Positions 1 to 13,362 of a DNA stretch of 64,000 nt are shown here, one piece after another. A program made the position numbers and the translations under genes. Origin of the DNA: Amoebidium appalachense. Taxonomy: Eukaryota; Protista; Ichthyosporea. The stretch's first letter is position 1; each line of letters opens with the position of its first letter. The DNA lies in NCBI GenBank assembly GCA_963693365.1, contig CAVNZM010000004.1:2043449-2107448 (forward strand), given 5' to 3'. The notes below the pieces were generated by a model that was not told the origin of the DNA, made no database searches, and saw only the letters and a list, made by a program, of their open reading frames with translations.

Positions 1-2580
1 CCAAGCCTTGGAGGCTTGCTTGAGGCCGTACAGAGCTTTCTTGAGTCTCCAGACCTTGCCAAGTGTGGCCATGGTGATGAATCCCGGGGGTTGTTTCATG
101 TAGATGGTCTCGGTGAGTGGGCTGTTGAGAAAGGCCGTAGACACGTCGAGTTGATGGATGTCATGACCTTCAACAACGGCCAGAGCTAGGATAGCACGGA
201 GAGCAGCCGGACGGATGACAGGGCTCTCAATCAACTCATAGTCAACACCGTATTGCTGACTGAAGCCTTGAGCAACACCACGTGCCTTGATCTTGGTGTC
301 ACCAGCCGAGTTGAGAGTTTTCTCGGAGACAATCCACTTGAAGCCGACGATGTTAGCACCAGGGGGAGGGTCAACAAGTTCAAAGATGTCTTTGTCGACG
401 AAGGCTTGATACTCAGCAGTCAGGGCTGACTTGACCTGGTCACCATGGGGTCCGGAACACAGTTGACGGACAAGTTTGGGTAGTTGGTCGATGTTGATGG
501 GGGGACCGGGGGGGACTGGGAGGGTGGTGGTGGCTTGAAGTCCAACCTTGCCCTGTAGACGGGCAGAACGACGGGGTGCAGGAACCGGGGGAGGTGGAGA
601 CGGGGGGGGGGGAACTTGGAAGTTCGGAATTGCAGGGGGGGCAACCTCCGGGCTGGACGGGGCCGAGTGGAAGTTGTCGGGGGAGCCGGGTCGGATGGGT
701 GTGACGTTGCCAGGGGCAGGATGAGGGTCGGCAGGCTGGACGGGCACGGGGGCAGGGGGGCCGGTGGGGGGGGGTGTCGGGGGAACGACGATGGCAGGAG
801 GGGGGCCAGAGTACACCAGACAAACATCATCTTCAGTGTCAACTGTGGGGGGTGGGGTGCTCGAGGTAGCAGTGGTGTCGGGGGTCAGAAGTGTTGATGG
901 AATGTCGGACGGGAGATAAGCTGATTCGTCGAAAATCACATCACGGAAGAGGCCGACACGATGGGTGGTGGGATTGAAGATCCGGTGGCAGTGTGATTGA
1001 AGATCATAGCCAATATACATGCCGAGTTTGACGGTGGGGGCCAGCTTGTTCCGTTTAGAGGCTGGCACATGAGTGTAGGCAGGGCAACCGAACACCTTGA
1101 GCTCGGAGATGTCGGGCTTGACACCGTAGAAAACCTCGAATGGTGTACGACCATTGGCAGTCGTGGACGGGGTGACGTTGATGATGTAGGCGGCATGTTG
1201 GAGGGCCTCAGCCCACAGTTTGGGGGACAGAGACTGATCTTGGACTTGATGGAGGAGGCAACGAACAATCTCTTGGAGGAACCGCATACGACGTTCAACA
1301 TAGCCGTTCAGTTGAGGGCAGTCCACCGGAGCATAGCTGGCCTTGATGCCCTGGGAGAGGCAAAAAGCACGGGTAGCCTTGGAGGTGAACTCAGAGCCGG
1401 AGTCGAAGTGGTAGACACCAACTTTGGAGGGGGCATGGGTAGCAACGAGGTTGGTGTGAGCTGTGAGAATGTCCAGGGTGGTTGTACGGTCGGCCATCGG
1501 GTAGATCTTGACGAGTCCAGAGGCACGGCAGACAGTGACGAGAGCAACCTTGGAACCTCCGTACGATGTTGTGGTAGGCTCAAAAAAATCCCAATGCCAT
1601 TCATGACCGGGGATGTTGGAGTGAGGACGGTCACCCTTGAACGGAGCCTTGGTGGTTTTACCCATAATGCAGCCATGACAATCAGGAACATCACAGTCGA
1701 GGACAGACGAGGGGAGACCAATGACAAGGTCGTGTTTCACCATGTCCTTGATGCTGGTCATAGCACGGTGCCCCAGACGATTATGCCAGATGGATGGGTT
1801 AACACTGGTAGTGGCAGCCAGAGCCACAGGACGAGTGGGTGGTTGAATGGTGTAGTCCTTGAAGTAATACAGACCGTTGTGTAGACGGAGGTTGACGAGA
1901 TGACGGCCGGTAAGTCGGTCGAAGAGGAATGACGGAGTGGAGGCATCATTCAAATCACCCTTGATGTATTCGGCAGCAGCTTGGGATGTTGAAATGAGGA
2001 AGGCCTGGCCAGACGGGGTGTAGTAGGCTTCAATGGTAAGGGTGGCAGTGCCATGGTCGGTGGTGGTGTTGATGACGATATGGCCGGTGTGAGTGGCCAA
2101 GACGGGGGTGCCATTGAAGGCAGCAACGGGAGTCGGTGTCGGAAGGGGAGTGAGGTCATGGAAGAACTCACGGGTGGGGCAGACAGTCATGTTGCACCCG
2201 GAATCCCAGGCAGGGTCGGAGGACACGGGGACGGAGCTAGCATTGTATGCCGAGAAAGCAAAGGAGACCGATTTCTCACTGCCTTGACCGGAACGGTTGT
2301 GTCTGGACATACGGCATTTCGGCTCAGGGCAATCGATGATCGTGTGATCAGGCTCGTGGCAGTAGGAGCATGCTTTCACGGACGGGGTGTTAGAACGAGC
2401 CGGGGAATCAGAACGACGGGAACCCGAGAAACGGGAACGACTGGGGGAACGAGACGTGGACCGGAAGGCAGGCCGGTGGGGGGAACGGGATCGGGTGTGC
2501 TGACGGGAGAGACGAGTTCGGAGGTCCGTGCCAGGGGTACGGTCAAGTCGGTTGCGTAAGTCACGGCGAGGAAGATCACG
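1..2580 (-). CDS. pol: Copia nucleocapsid-protease-integrase-RT reading frame (+1 relative to gag), open to the window edge
   Basis: All translated segments (2580-2170, 1980-1621, 540-1) share one frame without stops. The frame is absent from the ORF track, consistent with no stop before the edge. Confidence 0.88.
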
Positions 2581-3334
2581 GGGGGGGAGCACTGGCATTT
2601 AATGCCATGCTGGACTTGGAGACACGGTGGGCACGGTTGCTCCGGAGTTGCATCTTGAGGTCTTGACGTAACTCGATGCCCTTGACGTGGTTGTGCAGGG
2701 ACTCGAAGTCGGGGAATAGCTTATCACCGAAGTGATAGTCTTCGATAAGACGGTTGAACTCAGGGGTGAGGTCGTCTCTGGTGGTGAGTTCATTGAAGAA
2801 CTTCTCAGCTAGACGAGTGAAGTGAATGGACTCATCTTGGAGGGACTGGAGCTGGTTCACGATGGTCTGCAGACGACTCAGGTAGGTGGTGAATGATTCA
2901 CCGGGCTGAAGGGCACAGGCATCCCACTGACGGTGAAGGATGCGGATCTGATCGGGTTTGCCTTGGAGGTAGTGTTGACGGAATTTCCACATGGCCCGTT
3001 CAGGGTCCATGCCAATACGGTACTGGGCAACGGTGGTGAGGACGGAAGGGTCGATGTTCTGTATCATATGGAGCAGGAGGCAATTGCGGGCCTCCTTGAG
3101 TTCCGCGGTAGTGCCGTAGCCATAGAAGGGGGGTTCATCGTCAACCGCGACGGTGGTAGGGGGGACGTAGTTGTCAGCAAGTACAACATCCACGAGTCGG
3201 ACACCTTTAGTGCCGGTCATCATGCCGAGAAAAATGATTTCCCATTGAAAATAGGTGGTTTTGCTATCGGGACCAGTCTTCCCGTCACCTTTCCACATGG
3301 TTATTTTGTTTACACCAGTTTTGTTTGGATCCAT
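2576..3334 (-). CDS. gag: Copia gag (capsid-like part), ending at TGA just after a C8 run
   Basis: ORF 2576..3508, likely start MDPNK at 3334. Contains gag-like W..F...Y and GESFTTYLSRL motifs and lies directly upstream of the zinc knuckle/protease frame. Confidence 0.85.
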   Translation of the reverse strand: MDPNKTGVNKITMWKGDGKTGPDSKTTYFQWEIIFLGMMTGTKGVRLVDVVLADNYVPPTTVAVDDEPPFYGYGTTAELKEARNCLLLHMIQNIDPSVLTTVAQYRIGMDPERAMWKFRQHYLQGKPDQIRILHRQWDACALQPGESFTTYLSRLQTIVNQLQSLQDESIHFTRLAEKFFNELTTRDDLTPEFNRLIEDYHFGDKLFPDFESLHNHVKGIELRQDLKMQLRSNRAHRVSKSSMALNASAPPP

Positions 3335-4579
3335 GATTGAAAAACGAGCGCTAGTGCTAGATGTGTGTAGGGAGCGTGCAAAAGGGCTGCATAACCTGTT
3401 AAACTGTATAAGTATTTGGGATGTAAGCAGAGACACAGTGGTGCAGTGTGAAAACACCACAGACACACACAACAACAAAACACGGAACGATCGGAGCAGT
3501 GTACACAACAGACATCAATGTTTAGACACGACTGAACTGAATTTATTCTGATCTTCGAATAAATACCTGAAATTCCTCTAAGTCCAATCCATACATGATT
3601 TCCGACCAGTCGGAAATCAGATCTATCTCTAATAGAAACCAATCACTAAGAACCAATTGCTTTCAGAGAGATCCGGTACGCGGAGACGCACACGATAGGA
3701 CACAGACACTAGTTAAGGTCAACTCGTGTCATCATCAAGGAAGTTCTAACCTATGACATACTGCAAAGACTCAGACATATCACACTTAACCTTGATGATT
3801 GGTTAAAGCCCGGCAACACATGAAAACTAAAGTAAATTAATGAAGTCTAAACACACATGCTATTCTAAGTGTAGCCTAAGTGTGTTACCGTCCAATGAAC
3901 ACGTATTAGGTAACACAAATCTGCCTAACATATATTAGTAGAAAAGAAATACGATTATACACATGAGGACAAAGAGAGAAAGAAAAGAAAATAAGGAAGG
4001 AGAAGGAGGAAGGAAAAGAGAGCACAGATCAACAAACAAGTATTAGTAATAGCATAACTATAACCAGAGATATTTATGTACACACGAACATGTACACGTC
4101 TCTCCCTGAGTGGGTGGATCCATCAGCAATCTTCCCCCCCCATCGGAAACCCCTCTACGACGTCGACGACGGGTTCGGAGTAGTTTACGATACCTGAGTG
4201 GCTGCGTTTGGTACCCTCGACATTTTAATGGATGGAAAAGCTGAAAACCCATCGTCGACGTCGACAAGCATGTTACAGGGTAATAAAGAGGTCCACTGAT
4301 TTCTCGACCCTCATGTGTATATGCCAACGTCATCCTATGGACATGCTGTGCATGCATTTACACCGTCCATTAACCAAATGTAGCACCTATTCCAATGCTA
4401 TAGATGTGCTATGGACGTCGTAAGCCTGTTCTACGTATGTATACTGTGTAGGCTAACATGATGGGTATCGTCGACGTCGAAAACAAAGCATACTGTGAAG
4501 GCGATTCTGAGCATCTTAATATGAGGTTTCCGACGTCTGTAAACTAATAAGAAACGGCAAATTCTGCAATAATAAATAC

Positions 4580-4617
4580 TGTTTTTATAATGTATAAGTA
4601 CAATAGTTTTATGTGTG

Positions 4618-4662
<45 letters not shown>

Positions 4663-5372
4663 TTGGGGTTTTTATAATGTATAAGTACAATAGTTTTATG
4701 TATATATATATATATATATTGGGGGGTAGGGGTGTCCTGGGAATGAATGACCCCCGGAGTAGTTTTTCATAGAATCCCCATACGACCACCATAAGGATCG
4801 CTAATTATACCCCCATACGATCATTATAATGATCTCATTATATGCCCCATACGACCACCATAAGGATCGCTAGTTATACCCCCATACGATCATCATAATG
4901 ATCTCATTCTATGCCTCATACGATCATTATAGTGATCACATACCAAAATCCATACGGTCATCATAATGATCACAAGGAGATTATCTAACGGGCGCAACTG
5001 ACATGTGAATTTGTTTTTGCACGCCTCATGGAAAGCGGATGAGGCTCATCAGGTGGCCGCGGAATGAAAGTGGTGATATCCCCCCATTCCGACCGGTTTT
5101 GTTAGACCCCCCACACAGAGAAACTGCATTAGTAATGCAAAGTTTGGTTGTGCTCCCAACAATCCCCTGCACGTTATTAACCGTTCAATCCCCCCCCCTT
5201 TCCTTATGTATTACAGCGCATTTTGCATAATATGGACGTACAACGGTCAATAACTTTTCCCACAGAAATGGGGGGACAGTCCGACCGGTTTTGTTACATC
5301 ACCCACACAGAGACACTGCCTAATGCAAAATTTGGTTGGGCCCCCATTAATCCCCTGCACGTTATTAACCGT
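4580..5372. repeat. Subterminal tandem and duplicated repeats of the Plavaka element
   Basis: Duplicated GTTTTTATAATGTATAAGTACAATAG blocks with (TA)n; ~35-bp CCCCATACGA(C/T)CA units at 4776-4975; duplicated block 5089-5184 / 5281-5372. Confidence 0.8.
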
Positions 5373-6199
5373 GCAAATGTATCCATCTTGTAGTATCCAC
5401 CTTTCGGTGGTTCACATGTCTAGTAGGTGTAATAAAGATGTCCAAACATAGTCCATAAGACGCCTTATGTATATCCATGGGCCATCCCCAAGACTGTAAC
5501 AATACCATCCATATTACTGTCGTAAAACGATATATCGTACGGTACAAACGGTCATAAGACGATACATAATATCGTCGACATGTGGACTACGACATACAAA
5601 CATGCTCGCAGGATATCGTAGATTTCACCATATTTTGGAGTACTAGTACTCAACTGCAAAATATTCAATGCAGAGTTCTTGTCGGTCATACGATACAGCA
5701 TCTTGCAGTAGTATTTGTGTGCACGCTCCCAGCTCTCAGCTGACTCCACCGGGCCAAAGAGGAGATAGTCGTCAGAATAATGCACACCAGCATGGAATTT
5801 CGATGTTTTGAGTTCGTTCTTGGTGGAGTCCTTGAAGCACTCGTACGCAGCTTTGCCGAACCTGCGTTTTTTGTTGGTGATATTACTTTACAATATAATG
5901 CACTAGAGCGGCACGGAGTCCATTACCAAATGGCGAAAGTTCTGCCATCATTACCTGTAGGATCTATACACCTAGACACGTGCAGGGAGGGGGGGGGGGG
6001 GGGGGGGTCGTAGTGGGAAGGAGGGAAGACAGGGGGGCTTTGGGGGGGGGGGGGGGGGGAGGGGGGGGCAGACACGTACGTTCTGTAACGCTCGTTCATC
6101 TCGTTGAGTGAGTCCTCGGTGAATTCGTATCCTGTCACCATGCTGTATCACTCGATTGTCGACCAACTACTGTGGTAGTATAATGCTATGATGACAATT

Positions 6200-9081
6200 T
6201 GTGCATGCGTTACTTATAAGCATCGGGTTTTTTCAATAACTACCCACAGAGTAGCTTCTACCACGAGAAATTCACCACAAATTATAAGGGGGGATGGTGA
6301 ATGTGCCCCTGGAGTACGAGGGTCACACGAAAAAAACACAACGTTGTAGCTCGTATAGAACCCACCTTGTAGCATAGTATATGTACATATGTTACCTAGA
6401 CATTATTGGTTTTTCAATAACTACCCACAGAACAGCCTCTAGCACGAGAAATTTACCACAAAGTTTATGGGGGGGATGGTAAACTTGCCCCTGGAGTACG
6501 AGGGTCACACGAAAAAAACACAACCTTGTAGCTCGAATAGAACCCCCCGTGTAGCATAGTATTATGTACATTGTGTTAGGGGTTTACACACTTTTTATTG
6601 CGTGAACACTGCCGGAGGCCCCGCCACATTCGACGGCCTACTGCGTTTTATTTACCAAAACGTTTATGCCGGGGATGGTGAATGTGCCCCTGCAGTACGA
6701 GGGTCACACGAAAAAAACACAACGTTGTAGCTCGTATAGAACCCCCCTTATAGCATAGTACATGTACGTATGTTACTTACACATTTTTGGTTTTTTCAAT
6801 AACTACCCACAGAACAGCCTCTAGCACGAGAAATTTACCACAAAGTTTGTGGGGGGGATGGTGAATGTGCCCCTGGAGTACGAGGGTCACACCAAAAAAC
6901 ACAACGTTGTAGCTCGTATAGAACCCCCCTTGTAGCATAGTACATGTACATATGTTACTTACACATTCTTGGTTTTTTCAATAACTACCCACAGAACAGC
7001 CTCTAGCACGAGAAATTTACCAAAACGTTTGTGGGGGGGATGGTGAATGTCCCCCTGGAGTACGAGGGTCACACGAAAAAAACACAACGTTGTAGCTCGT
7101 ATAGAACCCCCCTTGTAGCATAGTATGTGTACATATGTTACCTAGATCTAGACATTATTGGTTTTTCAATAACTACTCACAGAACAACCTCTAGCACGAG
7201 ACATTTACCACACAGTTTATGGGGGGGATGGTAAATGTGCCCCTGGAGTATGAGGGTCACACGAAAAAAACACAACGTTGTAGCTCGAATAGAACCCCCC
7301 TTGTAGCATAGTATATGTACATGTGTTACTTACACATGATTGCCAACGGTTTTTCAAGAACTACCCACAGAACAGCCTCTAGCACGAGAAATTTACCAAA
7401 AGGTTTAAGGCGTGGATGGTGAATGTGCCCCTGCAGCACGAGGGTCACACGAAAAAAATACAACGTTGTAGCTCGTATAGAGCCCCCCTTGGAGCATAGT
7501 ATATGTACATATGTTACTTACACATTATTGGTTTCAAAAGTTTCAATAACTACCCACAGAACAGCCTCTAGCACGAGAAATTTACCACAAAGTTTGTGGG
7601 GGGGATGATGAATGTTCCCCTGGAGTACGAGGGTCACACGAAAAAAACACAACGTTGTAGCTCGAATAGATCCCCCCTTGTAGCATAGTATATCTACATG
7701 TGTTACTTACGCATTATTGGTTTTTTCAATAACTACCCACAGAACAGCCTCTAGCACGAGAAATTTACCACAAAGTTTGTGGGGGGGATGATGAATGTGC
7801 CCCTGAAGTACGAGGGTCACACGAAAAAAACACAACGTTGTAGCTCGTATAGAACCCCCCTTGTAGCATAGTACATGTACATATGTTACTTACACATTCT
7901 TGGTTTTTTCAATAATTACCCACAGAACAGCCTCTAGCACGAGAAATTTACCACAACGTTTGTGGGGGGGATGGTGAATGTGCCCCTGGAGTACGAGGGT
8001 CACACGAAAAAAACACAACGTTGTAGCTCGTATAGAACCCCCCTTGTAGCATAGTATGTGTACATATGTTACCTAGATCTAGACATTATTGTTTTTTCAA
8101 TAACTACTCACAGAACAGCCTCTAGCACGAGAAATTTACCACAAAGTTTATGGGGGGGATCGGATGGTAAATGTGCCCCTGGAGTATGAGGGTCACACGA
8201 AAAAAACACAACGTTGTAGCTCGAATAGAATCCCCCTTGTAGCATAGTATATGTACATGATGTGTTACTTACACATTATTGGTTTTTCAATAACTACCCA
8301 CAGAACAGCCTCTAGCACGAGAAATTTACCAAAAAGTATATGGGGGGGATGGTGAATGTGCCCCTGGAGTACGAGGGTCACACGAAAAAAACACAAGGTT
8401 GTAGTTCGAATAGAACCCCCCTTGTAGCATAGTACATGTACATATGTTACTTACACATTCTTGGTTTTTTCAATAACTACCCACAGAACAGCCTCTAGCA
8501 CGAGAAATTTACCACAAAGTTTGTGGGGGGGATGGTGAATGTGCCCCTGGAGTACGAGGGTCACACGAAAAAAACACAACGTTGTAGCTCGTATAGAACC
8601 CCCCTTGTAGCATAGTATGTGTACATATGTTACCTAGATCTAGACATTATTGGTTTGTCAATAACTACTCACAGAACAGCCTCTAGCACGAGAAATTTAC
8701 CACAAAGTTTATGGGGAGGATCGGATGGTAAATGTGCCCCTGGAGTATGAGGGTCACACGAAAACACAACGTTGTAGCTCGAATAGAATCCCCCTTGTAG
8801 CATAGTATATGTACATGATGTGTTACTTACACATTATTGGCTTTTCAATAACTACCCACAGAACAGCCTCTAGCACGAGAAATTTACCAAAAAGTATATG
8901 GGGGGGATGGTGAATGTGCCCCTGGAGTACGAGGGTCACACAAAAAAAACACAAGGTTGTAGTTCGAATAGAACCCCCCTTGTAGCATAGTATATGTACA
9001 TATGTTACTTGCACATTATTGGTTTTTTCAATAACTACCCACAGAACAGCTTCTGGCACGAGAAATTTACCACAAAGTTTA
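6200..9081. repeat. Tandem satellite, ~183-190 bp unit, about 16 copies
   Basis: Recurrent unit CAATAACTACCCACAGAACAGCCTCTAGCACGAGAAATTTACC...GAGTACGAGGGTCACACGAAAAAAACACAACGTTGTAGCTCG. Confidence 0.97.
6579..6649 (-). mobile_element. Short retroposed insertion (SINE-like or truncated LINE tail) ending GTGTAAACCCC, inside the satellite
   Basis: Reverse complement closely matches 31382-31452. It replaces ~55 bp of one satellite unit and has no TSD. Confidence 0.85.
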
Positions 9082-9164
9082 TAGGCAGTCTGTTGGTGTG
9101 TGCATTTATTATATTTTCAATAGTATAATCATCAACACTGTAGTAGTACAGGACCGACCGACAG

Positions 9165-9212
<48 letters not shown>

Positions 9213-9219
9213 ACAAACA

Positions 9220-9327
<108 letters not shown>

Positions 9328-9347
9328 CACACACACACACACACAAA

Positions 9348-9513
9348 CGGTTATTGGCTCATACATATTTGTACTAATCTGTCGAGCATCGAGAAAGGAC
9401 CGAGCGCACATACGATTCCTAATCAATGTCTGTACAACGGACGTCACAATCCTACCATAAAGTGCATGAAGCATGCCTTGAGAGGAAGGTGGATTTGTGA
9501 AGTGTACGAATCG
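9348..9513 (-). repeat. Intron-located repeat shared with 12170-12428
   Basis: Reverse complement matches CGATTCATACACTTCAC...GTATGAGCCAATAACCG at 12170-12428, where ~95 bp is tandemly duplicated. Confidence 0.85.
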
Positions 9514-10668
9514 GAAGGTAATAAGACCACAAACCTCAGCTTTGTTTGCAAAAGGGTAGTTTGGATCCTCCTTCAGGAACGTGATGAACTCACTGACGCC
9601 TTTTATATACGCCTTCTGCCCATCGGGGACGTTTAATGTAGACAGATGCGAGTCAATGTCCTTGACCTCGAACGCCACCTGGTGTGCCTGGTGTGCCCGC
9701 ACCTTATCCCTCATTTCCCTGTATGCATTGCCATCCCTAAAAAACTCCAGGTGGTGTGTACATTCTGGTGCCCCGCGGTTTGCGAACAGCGTGGTGCATT
9801 CCGGACAGATAACCCTCATTTTCCACTGGGTGCACGTGTGTCCTGTGCAGGCAGAAAACCCCTCGTCGACACGTCAGGTCGACGCTCGAAGACTGGTGAT
9901 GTCGCAAACAGATCATTGCCTGTGCCGATTGGTTTAAAATCATTGTTTTCGCGCCCTCGCACCCACGCCAAGCCTTGCCGGCCATGGTAATAGTGGACTG
10001 TGTATGGAGTATTTGCTATCATGGGTTATGTACCATTATTTATTAATTAATAAATGAAAGATTTTTTATAGTTATTTACATTTTTTTTTAAATAAAACAC
10101 CATCTCCTGCTGAAGTTCTTTGTTTCACCAATTATCACATTTTGAGGTACGCCATGTGGGCGCCGTTTCATTGGCCGATGTAACAATTGTACCCTGGTGT
10201 TTGCTTGTCCAAGTGCCTAGTTACATGCATATAACATTAGTGTTTACATCAGGATTTAGATAAGTGAGAACAATAATTTAAATTTTACAGTTTCGCACAC
10301 GTTTTCTACTAGTACTCCTACGCCTATATAATATTTCAGTTGTATTTTTGGGTCGCCACAACGCAGCGGATTGCCGCGAAACGGATTGGTTGGAAATCAC
10401 ATGTTCGCGCGGGCGTTGTGTGCGGTACATGCTATGCAATACACCATTTAACATGTGGTCACATTATTTACATAATTTGAATTATATGAATATTGTTTTT
10501 CATTTATTCGAAACTTTTTTACTTTCTATGTTAATGATATTACATATTGTGTCATGTCACATACCCAAAGGCCTCTAAAACGGACCATATCATTGGCGAT
10601 ATATCACGGAATACAAATCGCGGGCGGATTTATGCCTGATAGTCGCGATCATTGGTTAGTGAGGACCA

Positions 10669-13004
10669 ATGAAAAAAATTTACAGAGATTTTGAAGAGGG
10701 GATCATGATGATCATGAAGGGCGTCCAGGGCAGTAAGGCTTCGACCAACGACGGTAGCCGCAAAACCCCCCTAAAGGCCAGTCAGGGCAGTAGCAACGCC
10801 GGGAACAAAGGGGGCAGTAAAGTGGCTGTGCCCGGTAAGGGTGCTGGTGGTACTGGCCTAAAGGCACAAAAGCCACAGGTGAAGGTGCGCAGCAAGGCTG
10901 AGCAGAATTCCCAGCGCATCATGCAGGGCATCGACACGACACCTGGAAACTAGGGCATCGACACGACACCTGGAAACTACCGGCCGCGCAAAAATGGTGA
11001 GGGGTGCTTACTGTTAGTGTTTGTGAAGTACTTGCTTGCCCATATAGGTAGCAAGGTGAAAGCTTTTCCTGTTTAGTTTACCGTTGTTGCCCTGCAGCAC
11101 ACATCTACTGTATTTCAACATCATCTCATTCTCAGATCATGTTGACAAGTTTGTGACAGTCCACTTGCGAAACATCATGGCTTCACGTAGAGTGTTAGTG
11201 GCTCTTGCCGCGCTACACGCAGCGGAGGCAAAAAGGGAAGGTGTTGCAGTGTCACGTTCGTTTACGTCACCCATTCCTTTTCGCGATGCAAGAAAGTTTT
11301 TGTTGAAAGATGACCTTTCAAAAACAGTCGTCAAGCACACTGTCGTGCCTGTATCTGAAACGTGGGCCGAACAGCGCACCAAAGCTAGGTGCTCAATCAC
11401 TAAGTGTGACGGGCACGAGGACGACAGTTTTTGGTTGTCAAAGATGGAACCAAGTGACCTAGTTGAGCTTTGACAGGCTCATCGTAGCTGAGGGGGGCTT
11501 GTATCTGTCAGATTCTCACGTCGATGGTTCACAAATCACAGACAGTCAGTATCCCGACCTCACAGACTTCTGTAACCACATCCCCTTGGGCGTGCAACAT
11601 TATGGAGAAGAGATGGAAGGGCTCAATCTTGCGCTAGCATACGCACAGGTGTCGGTAGTCGGCATAACACGTTTCGCTGGTCACGTAGAAGATGCGGCCC
11701 TCCCTGCAGCAAACATTCTCGTTTGTGGTTACAAAGTTTAGTTCGTGCATCCACCATGGCAATACCCTCGCATCCTCGAACTTGCCCGCAAAGGCATCCC
11801 TGGATTGGAATGCGAGAATCCATTGCAACACAATGTTTTCTTCCCCTCTCTGTTTCGTTTCTCCTATCACAGGGACTAGCCCCTGAGGTAGTTGTGCAGG
11901 GCCTAGGAGATTTCATTCAAACAACACCGCTTGCACTTCACTATGGGTTTCAGTGCGGGCCAAAAGTAGCGTTTGCGGTGAACACTGCCACAAAGCAGTG
12001 GTTAAACCGCATGGCGGAATACGTAGCGTGTAGCTGCTGGGAGCATTTCATGCCCGACGACTCCCAAAGATGATTCGTGCGTTTCACTCAGTTCAGCAGC
12101 ACAATTTGCCCGTTGCTTGTGGTGCATCCCCCCCTTCCCCCCCCCCCCCCCCCCCCCCCTAACCCCCCACGATTCATACACTTCACACAACCACCTTCCT
12201 CTCGAAGCATGCTTCATACTTTACGGTTGGATTGTGACGTCCGTTGTACAGACATTGATTGGGAATTGTATGTGCGCTCGGTGCTTTGTCGATGCTCGAA
12301 GCATGCTTCATGCACTTTACGGTGTGATTGTGACGTCCGTTGTACAGACAATGATTAGGAATTGTATGTGCGCTCGGTCCTTTCTCGATGCTCTACAGAT
12401 TGGTACAATATGTATGAGCCAATAACCGACCCCCCCACCCCCCCCCCCCCAGTTCGGGAAGCCAGTATGAGCCCAGTGGAAGCGAGGTGGAGGAGACCAC
12501 CCCCAAGGGCGACAACAAAAAGTCCCGCCCCAAGAAGAAGGGCACGGACGATGCGGACCTCAGCAACCCCCTGAGGATGACCTATTACAGGGTCATCCAC
12601 TCCGAAAGGTATGTGAGTGTGTTTGTTATGTGTATTATGTTGTTGTTATGTATATTATGGAGTTGGTAATGTGTTTTGTGATAACACTGAATCACTCTGC
12701 CGGCATTTGGTATGGTATGGTTTGGTGTAAGAGTGCCCCCCTTATATTGTCATGTTGGGCGTCCTTTTTTTTTGGGGGGGGCCTCATACACATACACACA
12801 CCTTGTTACTCTTCTGTCAAGGGATTAGCATGTGTTTAGTTTAATGATGTTGGGAGCTTCTTAGAAACCCGCATAATAGTTTACTTGTTTTGAGTTTTGT
12901 TTATGTTCGTTGCTGCTCTTTTATACTCCTTCCCCCCCCCCCCCCCCCCTCCCGGCTGGGGGGAGGAAGGAGATGAGGGTGGGGAGGATGAGGATGAGGA
13001 CTAG
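10669..13004 (+). pseudogene. Degraded spliced accessory gene of the Plavaka element, unknown function
   Basis: Consecutive coding-like ORF pieces (10669-10953, 11084-11473, 11463-11741 and later) with GT-AG junctions. A 27-bp tandem duplication at 10925-10978 creates a stop. Acidic tail GEEGDEGGEDEDED* ends at 13004. Confidence 0.55.
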
Positions 13005-13122
13005 TGGGATGATAGAAGGCCCCCCCCCCCCCCACCACCACCACCCTCTTTTTTTTCTTCTTTTTTTGATATGTTTTGGTGTCTAGTGCAGTCTGGAGCA
13101 GACTCCTGAGTCGAGACTTAGA

Positions 13123-13362
13123 AATTTGTTGTATTGCAGTCTCGCTCCTGTGGAACGAGACTTAAAAATTTGTAACAAGTTGTGAGAAAAAACAAACTGT
13201 CAGGCGTGGTCTCTGCTCCTGTGGAGCAAGACAAAAAAGTACATATGGTATCCGTCTCTGCTCCTGTGGAGCGAGACGCAAAGAAACATCTTTATGCGCT
13301 CTTCTTACCGTGTGATGTCATATTGTATGTGTCCTTACAGTGATTTTATGACATATGATGTA
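13123..13362. repeat. Block with three GTCTC(T)GCTCC-TGT-GGAGCGAGAC hairpin units, repeated at 62996-63240
   Basis: Units at 13139-13161, 13209-13232 and 13254-13277; homologous units at 63012-63034, 63087-63110 and 63132-63155. Confidence 0.85.

Larger units (their letters stand above)
1..4120 (-). mobile_element. Ty1/copia LTR retrotransposon internal region (5' leader, gag, pol). It runs off the window start; its 5' LTR is displaced to 19116-19306 by a nested DNA transposon
   Basis: Manual minus-strand translation gives the copia order: zinc knuckle CSYCHEPDHTIIDC, protease WDSGC, NGLYY, integrase WHNRLGH...CHGC, then RT motifs KARGVAQGFSQ, HQLDVSTAFLN, IYMKQPPGF, LKKALYGLKQA. The leader is homologous to the plus-strand copy at 63443-64000. 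Confidence 0.95.

Noticed and set aside
997-2559. Plus-strand ORFs of 295 aa and 168 aa
   Set aside because: Antisense shadows of the copia pol frame, with no motifs of their own
6200-9081. CRISPR-like array
   Set aside because: Whole units repeat with no unique spacers, there are no cas genes, and the context is eukaryotic
13139-13277. Mini-CRISPR (palindromic repeats with spacers)
   Set aside because: Only three units, unequal spacers, and the same spacers at the second locus; kept as a hairpin array
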